Notes: a model not told the origin generated them from the sequence alone. DNA of 50,928 nucleotides from Clostridiales bacterium (GCA_050872745.1 JBNMHL010000003.1:1-50928), one strand, 5' to 3'; shown: positions 9,360 through 19,166, counted from the stretch's first letter. Made by a program: numbers and translations.

Positions 9360-9569
9360 ACTTAATATTATATATTATTAAAGATTTATTGGCAAACTTT
9401 TTTTATTCCTTTTATTGAAACACTTATTCATTTTTAAAAAATAAGTCGATTAAAACTGAAAATAGTTCAATTAATTTATTTTGAATTAAATTTATTGAAA
9501 GTTCTTTTAAAAAAACTATTGGATTTTATCTGTTTATATTATATACTATTATTAGTAATAGGTGAAATT

Positions 9570-10559
9570 ATGAGATTTAAAAAATTTGTTTTGTGCTTGA
9601 TATTATGTTTTAGTTGCGTTGTGCTTTCAAGCTGTGCATCTATTCAATTCACACGTGAAGTTGTTAATGGGCAAATTCGCGATGCTTTTTGTGTGGAGTT
9701 AGATAAATCAAAACTATCGAATGAAGATTATCAAAAATTATCTAACGAGTTGGATAAAGATTTTAAAGCATATAGAAGTGCTGTTAATTCTTGGATTACA
9801 AATAATTTTGAACCCGATGGCAAAACAATATCATATGAACTTAGTGCAAACATTAGAAAATCAATAGTTCCAAGGTATTCTGGTGAAACTGAAGGAAAGT
9901 TCTATTTTGAAATATATTTTGCTTCTTATGGTTATTTTTATTTATTTTATGGGCAAACTGGAATAGAAGGCGTGAATGAGAATCAAGCCTTTGAAACTAT
10001 TTTGAAAGATATCGGACCATTTTTAACTGAAACAAAATCATTATCTAAAGAAAATATCTCTGCATTTTCATATAAGTATGGAAGGTTTGCTAGTGAATCT
10101 ATATATAGTTTCATTTTGAATCAAAAAGTTATATCAGTGTTGCCTAGTGGTGAGATTGTTGAGGGTGAGCAAACATATTTAGATAAGTATTTAAATCTAC
10201 TTGGAAATAGTGAAAAATACAATAAAGATAACATTTTAGAAAATGTTCAATTAAAAGAAGTGTTTGGCACTGATGAGAAAAAAGTGTTTAGTAATGCAAA
10301 TGATGGAAGAGAAAGAAGCACTGATGGAATTTATTATCATTATTGGGATTTAAATAAAATGGTTGCTGATGGTAAGTCGAATGTTGAGATTTTCTTTAAG
10401 GCTCCAAGAAGTTCTGCGTGGTATATTTTGGGTTTGGGTGTTTCGATTGCGGTTGTGGCGTTAGTTTATTTACTATCAAGAACTCAAATGCTTAAAGAGA
10501 TTGATCAAGCCTTAACTTTGGATTATTATGATGATAATGATGAGGATAGCGAGAATTAA
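9570..10559 (+). CDS. Lipoprotein with an additional C-terminal TM anchor
   Basis: Start reassigned to ATG 9570 (AGGTG RBS); MRFKKF...VLSSC lipobox; C-terminal WYILGLGVSIAVVALVYLL. Confidence 0.75.
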   Translation: MRFKKFVLCLILCFSCVVLSSCASIQFTREVVNGQIRDAFCVELDKSKLSNEDYQKLSNELDKDFKAYRSAVNSWITNNFEPDGKTISYELSANIRKSIVPRYSGETEGKFYFEIYFASYGYFYLFYGQTGIEGVNENQAFETILKDIGPFLTETKSLSKENISAFSYKYGRFASESIYSFILNQKVISVLPSGEIVEGEQTYLDKYLNLLGNSEKYNKDNILENVQLKEVFGTDEKKVFSNANDGRERSTDGIYYHYWDLNKMVADGKSNVEIFFKAPRSSAWYILGLGVSIAVVALVYLLSRTQMLKEIDQALTLDYYDDNDEDSEN

Positions 10560-10560
10560 T

Positions 10561-10935
10561 ATGGCTGACACATATATTTTTGATAAGCGAATTGTAAAGA
10601 AAAAGTTAATTAAGTTTTTAATTGAGCTTGTGATTATATTCCCAATCTTAATTGCGGTTAATTATATTTTAGCTGGGTTAACAGCGGATTGGGTTATGAT
10701 ATTAATTGATGTTTTGCTTGGATTATTGTTAATCTGGGGTGTTGGAACAATTTATGATAAAATAGCAATCAAGAGGGCTCAAAAGAAATTAGATAAACTT
10801 GAAGCGTTGAAGAAGCGAGAAAAAGATGAAAAGCTTGAATCAGCACCAATTCAAAATCAAACTAAAGAGAAACCACAAATCACACCTAAAAAGAAAAGAA
10901 AAAGAAGAAATAGAAAGGTAAAAAATGATGACTAA
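10561..10935 (+). CDS. Two-TM membrane protein with a basic C-terminal tail
   Basis: ATG directly after the upstream stop; two hydrophobic helices; overlaps the dnaB start. Confidence 0.7.
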   Translation: MADTYIFDKRIVKKKLIKFLIELVIIFPILIAVNYILAGLTADWVMILIDVLLGLLLIWGVGTIYDKIAIKRAQKKLDKLEALKKREKDEKLESAPIQNQTKEKPQITPKKKRKRRNRKVKNDD

Positions 10936-12367
10936 GGAAAAAGTTAAAGGCAGAGTTTTGCCACATAGCGCGGAAAGTGAGCAATGTGTGCTTGGTTGCG
11001 TTCTTATTGACCAAGATGCATGTATTAATATCCTAGGCGACTTAAAAGATGATGACTTTTATATAGAAGCACATAAGTTAATATTTTCTAATATGAAAGA
11101 GGTTTATAATGCTAATCAGCCAGTGGATTTTGTTAGCCTTTGCGATCAATTAGAAAAGGTCAATTTGCTAGATAGTATTGGTGGAATTGACTACATAACA
11201 ACATTAACAAACATTGTTCCTAGTGCAAGTAACTACAAGCATTATGAAGATATGGTTAAAAGAAACTCAATTTTAAGAAAATTGATTTCTGCGAGCCAAG
11301 ATATTATAAACTACTCGTTTGATGGTCCAACAAAAGAAGATGCAATTGCGTTTGCGGAACAAAACATATTTAGTATTGCGGAAAAAGAAGATAGAGGTGG
11401 TTTATCTCACGTTGCAGATGCTCTAGATAATGTTGTTGCAAAGTTTGAAACAATTCAAAAAAACAAAGGTGCGTTGCAAGGGCTTAGCACGGGAATTTAT
11501 GGTCTAGATAAACTAACAAATGGCTTGCATAATTCTGATTTAATATTGCTTGCTGCAAGACCAGGTGGTGGTAAAACCAGTTTGGGTATGAACTTTGTTA
11601 CTCATATAGCAATTGAAGAAAAGAAGAATGTTGCAATGTTTTCACTTGAAATGAGTAAAGAGCAAATTATGCAAAGAGCACTTTGTTCGGTTGGATATGT
11701 TGATATGCAAAAAGCTTTGAGCGGTCAACTTAGCGTTAAAGACTGGCAAAGTATATGGTCGGCGAAGGAAAAATTGGCTAATTCTCATATTTATGTTGAT
11801 GAAGGGTTTTCTAAGAGCCCAGCCGATATTGTTAGTAAATGCAAGCGATTGAAAAGAGAAAAGGGCTTAGACTTTGTTATGATTGACTACTTGCAATTGA
11901 TGCAAGGAACAAAGGCTGGCGAAAACCGTCAACAAGAAATTAGCCAAATTACGAGAACTTTGAAGATGGCAGCAAGGGAATTAAATGTGCCAATTTTGCT
12001 TCTATCACAGCTTTCTCGTGGAACAGAAAATAGAACTGACCACCGCCCAATGCTATCAGACTTGAGAGAGTCTGGTGCGATTGAGCAAGATGCCGATATT
12101 GTTATGTTTGTTTATAGACCAGATATGTATAACGACAGCAAGGACAAGAATGCTCCAGCAGAACTTATTGTGGCAAAGCACAGAAATGGTCCAACGGACA
12201 CAATTTACTTAAAATGGGTTGGAAACACCACATCGTTTGTTAACTTTAATTCTGATGCTGAAAAACAAAGTTTGGAAAAAACTGCACCAACTGATAGGGC
12301 TGGAGATAATGGTGCTGAAGAAGTTATGGCAGAAGAAGTTGGAAGTGATATAGAAGATATTTTTTAA
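10925..12367 (+). CDS. dnaB: Replicative DNA helicase
   Basis: LPHSAESEQCVLG, AARPGGGKT (Walker A), IDYLQLM, LSQLSR, SDLRESGAIEQDAD, AKHRNGPT. Confidence 0.98.
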   Translation: MMTKEKVKGRVLPHSAESEQCVLGCVLIDQDACINILGDLKDDDFYIEAHKLIFSNMKEVYNANQPVDFVSLCDQLEKVNLLDSIGGIDYITTLTNIVPSASNYKHYEDMVKRNSILRKLISASQDIINYSFDGPTKEDAIAFAEQNIFSIAEKEDRGGLSHVADALDNVVAKFETIQKNKGALQGLSTGIYGLDKLTNGLHNSDLILLAARPGGGKTSLGMNFVTHIAIEEKKNVAMFSLEMSKEQIMQRALCSVGYVDMQKALSGQLSVKDWQSIWSAKEKLANSHIYVDEGFSKSPADIVSKCKRLKREKGLDFVMIDYLQLMQGTKAGENRQQEISQITRTLKMAARELNVPILLLSQLSRGTENRTDHRPMLSDLRESGAIEQDADIVMFVYRPDMYNDSKDKNAPAELIVAKHRNGPTDTIYLKWVGNTTSFVNFNSDAEKQSLEKTAPTDRAGDNGAEEVMAEEVGSDIEDIF

Positions 12368-12391
12368 ACCAAAGAATAAGGGGAAAGAAAA

Positions 12392-13801
12392 ATGAAAAAA
12401 ACAAAAATAATAGCAACTTTAGGTCCTGCATGTGATAATGTTAAGACTTTAAAACAAATGGTTTTAAATGGGATGAATGTTGCAAGAATAAATCTAAGCC
12501 ACTCTAACAAAGATAGTTTGATTAAATTGGTTGAATTAGTTAAGAAAGTTAGAACTGAAATGAAAACCGACTTAGCGATTATGGTGGACACAAAGGGCCC
12601 TGAAATAAGAACGGGCGTGTTTGAAAACGGAAAAGCGAAACTTAAAAAAGGTCAAACATTCACATTCCTTAAAGAAAATATTGTGGGTGATGAAACAAAG
12701 TGCACGATATCTCAAAAAGAAATCTTTGATGATGTTAAAATTGGCAATAAATTTTCCGCATGCAATGGCTTAATTACTTTTAAGTGCGTTGATAAAGATG
12801 ATAAGTCGTTAACTTGCAAAGTGGTTTCTGGGGGCGAAATTGGCGATCATAAATCGATGAGTTTTCCTCATATTCACCTAAGTGTGGAGTATTTAAACGA
12901 CACAGACAAAGCGGATTTGATTTGGTCCATCGATAATGAAGTTGACTATATTGCTGCAAGTTTTGTAAGTTCAAAGGAAGATATATTAAAAATTTCGAAG
13001 TTAATAAAAGATAGAAATTCAAATGTTAAAATAATATCTAAAGTTGAAAATAAAATTGCTCTAGATAATCTAGATGAAATAGTGGAATATTCTGATGGTG
13101 TTATGGTTGCAAGAGGTGATTTAGGAATTGAAATTCCGCTTGAAAAAGTGCCAAGATATCAAAAGAAAATTATTCAAAAATGCAATGAGTTGGGTAAAAC
13201 TGTTATAATTGCAACTGAAATGCTTGAGAGTATGACAAAATCAATTAGACCAACTCGTGCGGAAACTAGCGATGTGGCTAATGCGGTTTATGAGGGTGCA
13301 AGTGCTGTTATGCTTTCAGGTGAGTCTGCTGTTGGAAAGTATCCCGAAGAGGCGGTTGGCACTATGGCAAAGATAGTTATTCAAGCTGAAAAATCAATGG
13401 ATTACAAAGATAACTTTTTTAGTGCTAAGTATAAAGGAACTGCTATTCAAGATGTTATGAGTATTGCTTGTGTTCAAGCAAGTTTCATGATAAAAGATGT
13501 TAAAGCAATTGTTGTTTACACTGATTCTGGACACACAGCATTTTTTATTAGTAGACTTCGCCCAAATGTTCCGATTATTGCATTAACTCCAAGTTTTGAA
13601 ACATACAATCAATTGTCTTTAGTTTGGAATGTTAAACCATTTTTGGTTAATGGAATTGGAAGGGCGGATGATTTGATTGATATTTCAAATCAGATATTAA
13701 TAAATAATAAAATTGCAAAACCTGGAGATGTTGTGTTATTTGGTTCAGGAAGCAGAAAACCAACAAAAACCGATATGCTTAAAGTACATATCCTTGAATA
13801 A
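12392..13801 (+). CDS. pyk: Pyruvate kinase (no C-terminal PEP-utiliser domain)
   Basis: KTKIIATLGPA, DTKGPEIR, MVARGDLG, PTRAE, MLSGESAVGKYP. Confidence 0.98.
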   Translation: MKKTKIIATLGPACDNVKTLKQMVLNGMNVARINLSHSNKDSLIKLVELVKKVRTEMKTDLAIMVDTKGPEIRTGVFENGKAKLKKGQTFTFLKENIVGDETKCTISQKEIFDDVKIGNKFSACNGLITFKCVDKDDKSLTCKVVSGGEIGDHKSMSFPHIHLSVEYLNDTDKADLIWSIDNEVDYIAASFVSSKEDILKISKLIKDRNSNVKIISKVENKIALDNLDEIVEYSDGVMVARGDLGIEIPLEKVPRYQKKIIQKCNELGKTVIIATEMLESMTKSIRPTRAETSDVANAVYEGASAVMLSGESAVGKYPEEAVGTMAKIVIQAEKSMDYKDNFFSAKYKGTAIQDVMSIACVQASFMIKDVKAIVVYTDSGHTAFFISRLRPNVPIIALTPSFETYNQLSLVWNVKPFLVNGIGRADDLIDISNQILINNKIAKPGDVVLFGSGSRKPTKTDMLKVHILE

Positions 13802-13808
13802 TAAATGT

Positions 13809-13855
13809 TTAAACAAAAAAAATTCAGTTAAATAAACTGAATTTTTTTTGTTTAA
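13809..13855. terminator. Bidirectional terminator
   Basis: AAACAAAAAAAATTCAGTT...AACTGAATTTTTTTTGTTT. Confidence 0.8.
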
Positions 13856-13897
13856 TATTAAAATTATGAAGTAAACTTTTAAATTGAAATTGAAAAC

Positions 13898-15376
13898 TTA
13901 GGCGATAACATTAATTGTTGCAAAGAATATTTCTTTTCCAATAACTTTTAAAATTGGAAGGCGTGATTCAGGAACACTAGGAGTGCCGGTTTTAGGGTAA
14001 AGTTGAGGGGTTTCTGAAGGTGCTATCCTAATATCTCCGCTTGATGAATTAATTTCACCTTTAGCCATACACATATAGTGCTTCATATTTGTTATGTTAA
14101 CACTTAATATCGAGTTTTCAGCATCAATTTCATAAGTTTTCACATCCTCATCGTTTGAAGCGTAGTATAAATCTTTTAAGCTTACGCTTATGCTTGAATT
14201 GCTAGTTGATTTGATTCTAAAAGGTGCAATTGAAGTTGTGAATGTGATATTGCCTGAGTTGGTTGTGATAGTTGTGAAATCATTAGCATTTTTAGAAACA
14301 CTATTGCAAGTGATATTCCCACTTTTTGTTGTTTCAAAGTTTCCTATACCATAAAATAAGTTAACATTAATGTTTGCATTAGACGTTTTAACTTTTATAT
14401 ACTTAAGTGCTTCATTGATTGAAACATCGCCTTCAAGAGAATCGATAATGCAATTATCGTGAATCTTACCAAACCTGATTTTTCCATTTGATGATTTTAT
14501 GCTTGTTGTTCCTTTTACTTCATCTATTTCAATTGAAGCCGATGATGTTAAAATTGAATTTTGAGATGAGTTACTATCAAGTAGTTTAGTGATTTTTAAA
14601 ACTATGTTTTTAACATTTGCTTCAAAACCATTTTGTTTTGTGTATAAGTAACTTGCCTCAAAGTAAATATCTTTGCTATTTATGCTAATGTCGCTATTTA
14701 GTGTGTTGAAAAAGAAGTTGCCTTTGTTTGAATTTATTTGTGTTCCATTTGAAACATTAACAGTATTATATTTAGATCTAAAATCAAAGTTTCCTGTTGA
14801 TGTTGTGATAAATAGGGAATTAAGGTTTAATTCATCAGTTTCTGATTGGGAGATATAAAAGTTGCCATTGGTTGTTGTAACATTTAAATCATTTAGCTTA
14901 AGCTCATTAATAGATATATTTGCGTTAGAACTTTTAACGCTTAAATTATATGTTAAGTTTTTTGGGACATTAACAGTAATTGCACAGTTTTTGTAAGACA
15001 CAACCCCAACAGGCTCAATTAAAGTGATAGCTGAATAATTCGTGTCCTTTTCTCCAACAACACTCGCGTTTGAAACTTTAGAAGCACCAAATGCACTATC
15101 TTGAATAACATATGAAATTTTATCAGTGTCAACACCATTAACGGTTAGAGAAAAATTATCAACATTTATTGCGAGGTTGTATGGTAAACTTGAATCGGAA
15201 ATTGCAACAAAATTGTCGTTTGCAATTTTTTCGTTTCTTATGATCATTCCATAACCAAATAGTTTAAGGTTTGGAAAAATGAACATTATTGCAACCACAA
15301 GAACAAACACAACGGCAACAACAAGTATGATTATTAAACTATAAAGCAATATTCCCTTTAATGTTTTGGTATTCAA
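13898..15376 (-). CDS. Membrane-anchored DUF4097-like beta-strand repeat (putative adhesin) protein
   Basis: TTG start at 15376 behind GGAGG; N-terminal TM; repeated [IV]x[ST][ST]NG[NK][IF]-like units. Confidence 0.7.
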   Translation of the reverse strand: MNTKTLKGILLYSLIIILVVAVVFVLVVAIMFIFPNLKLFGYGMIIRNEKIANDNFVAISDSSLPYNLAINVDNFSLTVNGVDTDKISYVIQDSAFGASKVSNASVVGEKDTNYSAITLIEPVGVVSYKNCAITVNVPKNLTYNLSVKSSNANISINELKLNDLNVTTTNGNFYISQSETDELNLNSLFITTSTGNFDFRSKYNTVNVSNGTQINSNKGNFFFNTLNSDISINSKDIYFEASYLYTKQNGFEANVKNIVLKITKLLDSNSSQNSILTSSASIEIDEVKGTTSIKSSNGKIRFGKIHDNCIIDSLEGDVSINEALKYIKVKTSNANINVNLFYGIGNFETTKSGNITCNSVSKNANDFTTITTNSGNITFTTSIAPFRIKSTSNSSISVSLKDLYYASNDEDVKTYEIDAENSILSVNITNMKHYMCMAKGEINSSSGDIRIAPSETPQLYPKTGTPSVPESRLPILKVIGKEIFFATINVIA

Positions 15377-15599
15377 TGAACGCCTCCAAAAGTGTGTTGT
15401 GATAATAAACACATTTTAATAGTCATAGTATATATTATATTTTTTAATTTTGCAAACAATAGTTAAACTTAACAAATTGATTAAAAGCCTTTTTAGTGTT
15501 TTTTTTCAAATCTTATATAAAATAATAATTTTATGTGGATTTTTTTATCATAAAAGGGTTGACTTTTTCATATAATATATGGTAATATATAAAATATAT

Positions 15600-15675
15600 C
15601 GCGGGGTGGAGCAGATGGAAGCTCGTTGGGCTCATAACCCAAAGGCCGTAGGTTCAAGTCCTACCCCCGCTACCA
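15600..15675 (+). tRNA. Initiator tRNA-fMet(CAT)
   Basis: CGCGGGG...CCCCGCTACCA; unpaired C1 (opposite U72); three consecutive G-C pairs in the anticodon stem; promoter TTGACT...TGGTAATAT upstream. Confidence 0.95.
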
Positions 15676-15677
15676 AT

Positions 15678-15716
15678 AGAAAAAGAAGTCTTTTAACCAA
15701 GGCTTCTTTTATTTTT
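15678..15716 (+). terminator. tRNA-fMet terminator
   Basis: AAAAGAAGTC...GGCTTCTTTT followed by a T run. Confidence 0.7.
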
Positions 15717-15808
15717 TTTAGTAATAACTAATTTTGCTGGCAGATAGAAATTTAAATAGTACTTTCAATTATGAATGATTATAACAATGACTACAAACAT
15801 AAAAAATA

Positions 15809-15915
15809 TTATACTCAGATTATACTCATTTTATACTCAGAAACAAAAAAGTGCTAATTTTTTAGCACTTCAAATCAATATATTGTGTTACATTGGCTTT
15901 AAAAACACAATATAT
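15809..15915. repeat. Three TTATACTCA direct repeats at 11-bp period plus two inverted repeats; possible att-arm scar
   Basis: Copies at 15809, 15820 and 15831; AAGTGCTAA/TTAGCACTT and ATATATTGTGTT/AACACAATATAT IRs next to the tRNA-Glu 3' end. Confidence 0.6.
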
Positions 15916-15923
15916 AGTAAAAT

Positions 15924-15998
15924 TGGTAGTCCCAAGGGGATTCGAACCCCTGTCGCCACCGTGAAAGGGTAGTGTCTTAACCACTTGACCATGGGACC
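15924..15998 (-). tRNA. tRNA-Glu(TTC)
   Basis: GGTCCCA...TGGGACTACCA; anticodon loop CT-TTC-AC. Confidence 0.96.
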
Positions 15999-16021
15999 AT
16001 ATTTAGATTTGGCATAGAAAT

Positions 16022-16098
16022 TGGTAGCGGCGATGGGATTCGAACCTATGACCTTTCGGGTATGAACCGAACGCTATAACCAACTAAGCTACGCCGCC
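16022..16098 (-). tRNA. Elongator tRNA-Met(CAT)
   Basis: GGCGGCG...CGCCGCTACCA; TTCGG-TT-CAT-AC-CCGAA, resembling the Firmicute elongator Met tRNA. Confidence 0.92.
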
Positions 16099-16121
16099 AT
16101 AATTATTAAATCGACTTAAGA

Positions 16122-16150
16122 ATGATACACTATTTTAATCGGTATGTCAA
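16122..16150 (-). promoter_or_regulatory. sigA promoter of tRNA-Met/tRNA-Glu
   Basis: TTGACA-17-TATCAT. Confidence 0.75.
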
Positions 16151-16351
16151 GATATATTTATTATTTTTTTTTAAAATATTCTAAAAAATTACAATTATAT
16201 TTAAAATCAATTCAAATTTTTTATTGTTAGTGGGTGAGAAGTTATTTATTAAATTTAATTTTATGATTTGCTTCTTATAAATTTGCACTAAATTATTCCA
16301 AGGCTTTATTTAGTTTTATCGTGTTTGCGTTGATAGATAAAGATATTATAA

Positions 16352-16415
16352 AATAAAAAACTCTTAAGTTTCAAGTGGACCTAAAAGTTCGCTTTTATTT
16401 AAGAGTTTTTATTTT
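16352..16415 (-). terminator. Terminator of yabP-yabQ-divIC with an inner AAGTGGACCTAAAAGTTCGCTT cassette
   Basis: AAAAAACTCTTAAGT...ATTTAAGAGTTTTT long hairpin. Confidence 0.7.
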
Positions 16416-16681
16416 GCTTTATATATAGTTTCTCCATTTTTGGCCCAATTTAAAATTTCGTGGGCGTAGTCTTGAAGATATTGCTCTCTATTTTTATAAT
16501 AATTTAATTCGTTTGAATATGTTTCAATACTTTCTTGCAAGTTTTGATAGCTTTTTTCTAATGCTCTTTTTCTTGTGTTAAGAGTGGCGAGCCTTGCAAA
16601 TTGGAAAATTAAAATGCAGGCCAAAATAAAAGCAATGATAATTGTTATAACTGTTATAATTTTAACTTTCCTCTCGCTCAT
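16409..16681 (-). CDS. divIC: Septum formation initiator (DivIC/FtsB family)
   Basis: Single TM plus coiled coil; YLQDYAHEILNWAKNGETIY resembles the DivIC C-terminal motif; yabP-yabQ-divIC synteny. Confidence 0.85.
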   Translation of the reverse strand: MSERKVKIITVITIIIAFILACILIFQFARLATLNTRKRALEKSYQNLQESIETYSNELNYYKNREQYLQDYAHEILNWAKNGETIYKAK

Positions 16682-16690
16682 AACCGCTCC

Positions 16691-17053
16691 TTATTTGCTT
16701 AAATACTTTCCAAATTTTGTTTTGAAAAATTTTTCTTTTCCAATTCTTAGTTTATTATACAACCAATTATTAAATTTGGCAATCAATTTTCCAATAGTTA
16801 TTTTTTCAAGTATAATTGCTAAAACTAGAGCCGAAAGCAAATAAATTCGACTAACGCCATAATTAAGAGTATTAATTAAATAGATATAAATAAAGGATAA
16901 AGAAATGCAAGAGATTAAATCAATAATAAATTGAATTACTTTGTTTTTGTTTAAAAGTGTTAGAAAAATGTTGAGTATTTCGGTTGCGAGTGCAAAGATT
17001 AATCCCGCGCAAGCAAATTTTAAAAATAGAATCGATTGACTTGAAACAATCAT
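16691..17053 (-). CDS. yabQ: Spore cortex biosynthesis protein YabQ
   Basis: Hydrophobic protein with Q..LF, FIIDL and NYGVSRIY motifs; lies between yabP and divIC. Confidence 0.8.
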   Translation of the reverse strand: MIVSSQSILFLKFACAGLIFALATEILNIFLTLLNKNKVIQFIIDLISCISLSFIYIYLINTLNYGVSRIYLLSALVLAIILEKITIGKLIAKFNNWLYNKLRIGKEKFFKTKFGKYLSK

Positions 17054-17340
17054 TATTTAAAAATCCTTTTGAATAAGCTAGTGCTTCCGCCTTTGTCGTA
17101 TTTCATACAATCGAAAAATCCCTCTGCTTCTAATAGTCCGTTTGTGACATCAAGCTTTGTTATATTAATATCTTTGCCTGTTATTATCATTTTAGTTGTG
17201 CCAATTTTTAAAAAGATATTTTGGTCGTTTGAGCTAATAATTTCACTAACACCTGTTAGGGCTAGGTTTTTCCTATTTGTTAGGGTTAGTGTTGAGTTAA
17301 TGTTGTTTGTTTGTGATTCATTGATAGTTATTTTTTGCAT
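17053..17340 (-). CDS. yabP: Sporulation protein YabP
   Basis: LTLTNRKNLALTGV, ITGKDINITKLD, LFKRIFK; AGGAG RBS; sigE-like CATATAGT -10 at 17379-17386. Confidence 0.88.
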   Translation of the reverse strand: MQKITINESQTNNINSTLTLTNRKNLALTGVSEIISSNDQNIFLKIGTTKMIITGKDINITKLDVTNGLLEAEGFFDCMKYDKGGSTSLFKRIFK

Positions 17341-17536
17341 ATAAACTCCTTCGTTTTAATTTAGATAAATTTTAATAGACTATATGAAAGTGCATCAAAG
17401 TTTTGATTGCTTTAAATAAATGTATATCTATATATAATTATTATCTTTTTTAAAGTATTAGAACTATTGCGAGTTTATTCTTAAATTGTGGTTGAATTAT
17501 AAGTATTTAATTTTTATTTGTGTCAATAATCAAATT

Positions 17537-17995
17537 ATGAAAACAAAGATTATTTTATTTATATTTATATTGTTAATTATTGCTTTAAGCTTTTTTATCA
17601 ACACAACAACATTGATAAATGCAATTTACATTAATAATGACAAGGAAAAAGAAGTAATTTATGCGTTAGATTCGTTTGAAAGTGATAGCTATTTGGAGTG
17701 CGGTAACTTAAAGATTATAGATAAGGAAAGCGTATCGAATAATTTACATATGTTAAGTGAAAAGTATTTGGGTGAATCTTTGGTGGTATCTAACATGTCG
17801 GCTAAAGAGTTCATAAACCAAAACAAACTAAAAATAGTTTCGCGTAATTATGTTTGCGGTATTTTGGTATATGATTGTTACTTATGGTGCTTACCAAAAT
17901 TTGTTTGGTTGAATGCTCAAAAAGTTAATGTTCAAATTGCCGAACTTAGCAATAATATTAAAATTGGTTATCCATTGATTTTAGATAGTTTTTAA
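17537..17995 (+). CDS. ywmB: YwmB-family protein (short form)
   Basis: N-terminal TM; C-terminal KVNVQIA...IKIGYPLILDSF typical of YwmB; near spoIIQ/spoIIID; start reassigned to ATG 17537. Confidence 0.7.
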   Translation: MKTKIILFIFILLIIALSFFINTTTLINAIYINNDKEKEVIYALDSFESDSYLECGNLKIIDKESVSNNLHMLSEKYLGESLVVSNMSAKEFINQNKLKIVSRNYVCGILVYDCYLWCLPKFVWLNAQKVNVQIAELSNNIKIGYPLILDSF

Positions 17996-18011
17996 AAATT
18001 TAATTTAATAT

Positions 18012-18040
18012 GTTTAAAATCTTGCAAGTTGTCAAGAATT
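18012..18040 (+). promoter_or_regulatory. sigF-type promoter of spoIIQ
   Basis: GTTTA...GTCAAGAAT resembles the sigF consensus. Confidence 0.5.
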
Positions 18041-18061
18041 AAATAAAATTAAGGAGGATTT

Positions 18062-18658
18062 ATGATAGAACAAAATATTAAACATGGAAGGGTGAAAAAT
18101 TTCTTTTCTAAATATGGCTTATATTTAGCAATTGGATTTTGTGTGTTGTTCTTTGCAACTTTAATTATTATTGCAAGTGTTGCAGGTAAACAAAAAGAAG
18201 TTATTAAAAAGCCAGACACCCCAGTAAACGCAACCGTGGAATTTGCAAATCCACTTATGGATGCAACAATCTACAAGAATTTCAATAACGAAAATTTAGT
18301 TTGGAATTCAACATTAAAGCAATGGGAAGCTCATATGTGTGTGGATCTAATTGCAACAAACAACACTAGTGCTATGGCAATTTATGATGGAGTTGTGAAA
18401 GACATTTACTCTAACTATTTAGAAGGTACAGTTGTGGTTATTGAGCATGATAACGGGTTAACAAGTAAAATTGGTTCTTTATCTGAAGATGTGCTTGTTA
18501 AAAAGGGTGACCTTGTGAAGAGTGGGACTAAAATAGGAACTGCTTCAAACACGGCTAATCGCGAACAAAACATTGGCAATTATATCTCTTTAACTTTGCT
18601 TGATAAAAGCGGTAAAAAAGTTGATCCATCGAATTATCTAACACTAACAAGCAAATAA
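18062..18658 (+). CDS. spoIIQ: SpoIIQ-like M23/LytM protein
   Basis: N-terminal TM; WNSTLKQWEAHMCVD, GTVVVIEH, VKKGDLVKSG, VDPSNYL; synteny with spoIIID. Confidence 0.8.
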   Translation: MIEQNIKHGRVKNFFSKYGLYLAIGFCVLFFATLIIIASVAGKQKEVIKKPDTPVNATVEFANPLMDATIYKNFNNENLVWNSTLKQWEAHMCVDLIATNNTSAMAIYDGVVKDIYSNYLEGTVVVIEHDNGLTSKIGSLSEDVLVKKGDLVKSGTKIGTASNTANREQNIGNYISLTLLDKSGKKVDPSNYLTLTSK

Positions 18659-18763
18659 AATATTTTTTAGAGATTACCTAAATTTTCAATGTGATTGCAA
18701 ATTGCTTTACTATTTTTAAGATTTACTATATAATATACCCATAATCTAATAAGGGGGCTTACA

Positions 18764-18994
18764 ATGGCTATAGATAAAATTAAAAAATTATTAGCAGAGC
18801 AATTAAATATTAGTGAAGACACAATTTCAGAATCAAGCAAAATTATTGATGATTTAGGAGCTGATTCATTAGATGTTGTTGAATTATTGATGACATTGGA
18901 AGATGAATTTGGGGTTTCTGTTAGCGATGAAGATGCTGTTAAAATTAAAACTGTTGGCGATATCGCAAAAATAATCGAGGATTCAAAAAAATAA
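18764..18994 (+). CDS. acpP: Acyl carrier protein
   Basis: DDLGADSLDVVEL with the phosphopantetheine Ser; own TATAAT upstream and a terminator at 19001-19045. Confidence 0.97.
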   Translation: MAIDKIKKLLAEQLNISEDTISESSKIIDDLGADSLDVVELLMTLEDEFGVSVSDEDAVKIKTVGDIAKIIEDSKK

Positions 18995-19166
18995 CAAATT
19001 AAAGCAACCGAACTTAGTTTATTCAAATTAAGCGGTTGTTTTTTTATTTAATTAAACTTTAGTTTTATTATTGTTAGAATTGAGTTTTGCATTTCTATTA
19101 AAAAATCGACATTTCTTAATATGGTGTTTTCTTTTAAATCAATTTGCTTAAAAACATCATAATTAA

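Noticed and set aside
15876-15918. NrdR-box-like ACACAATATATAGT motifs
   Set aside because: No ribonucleotide reductase or other plausible target nearby; better explained as part of the IR/att scar
15775-15972. 65-aa ORF
   Set aside because: Runs antisense into tRNA-Glu and across the repeat region
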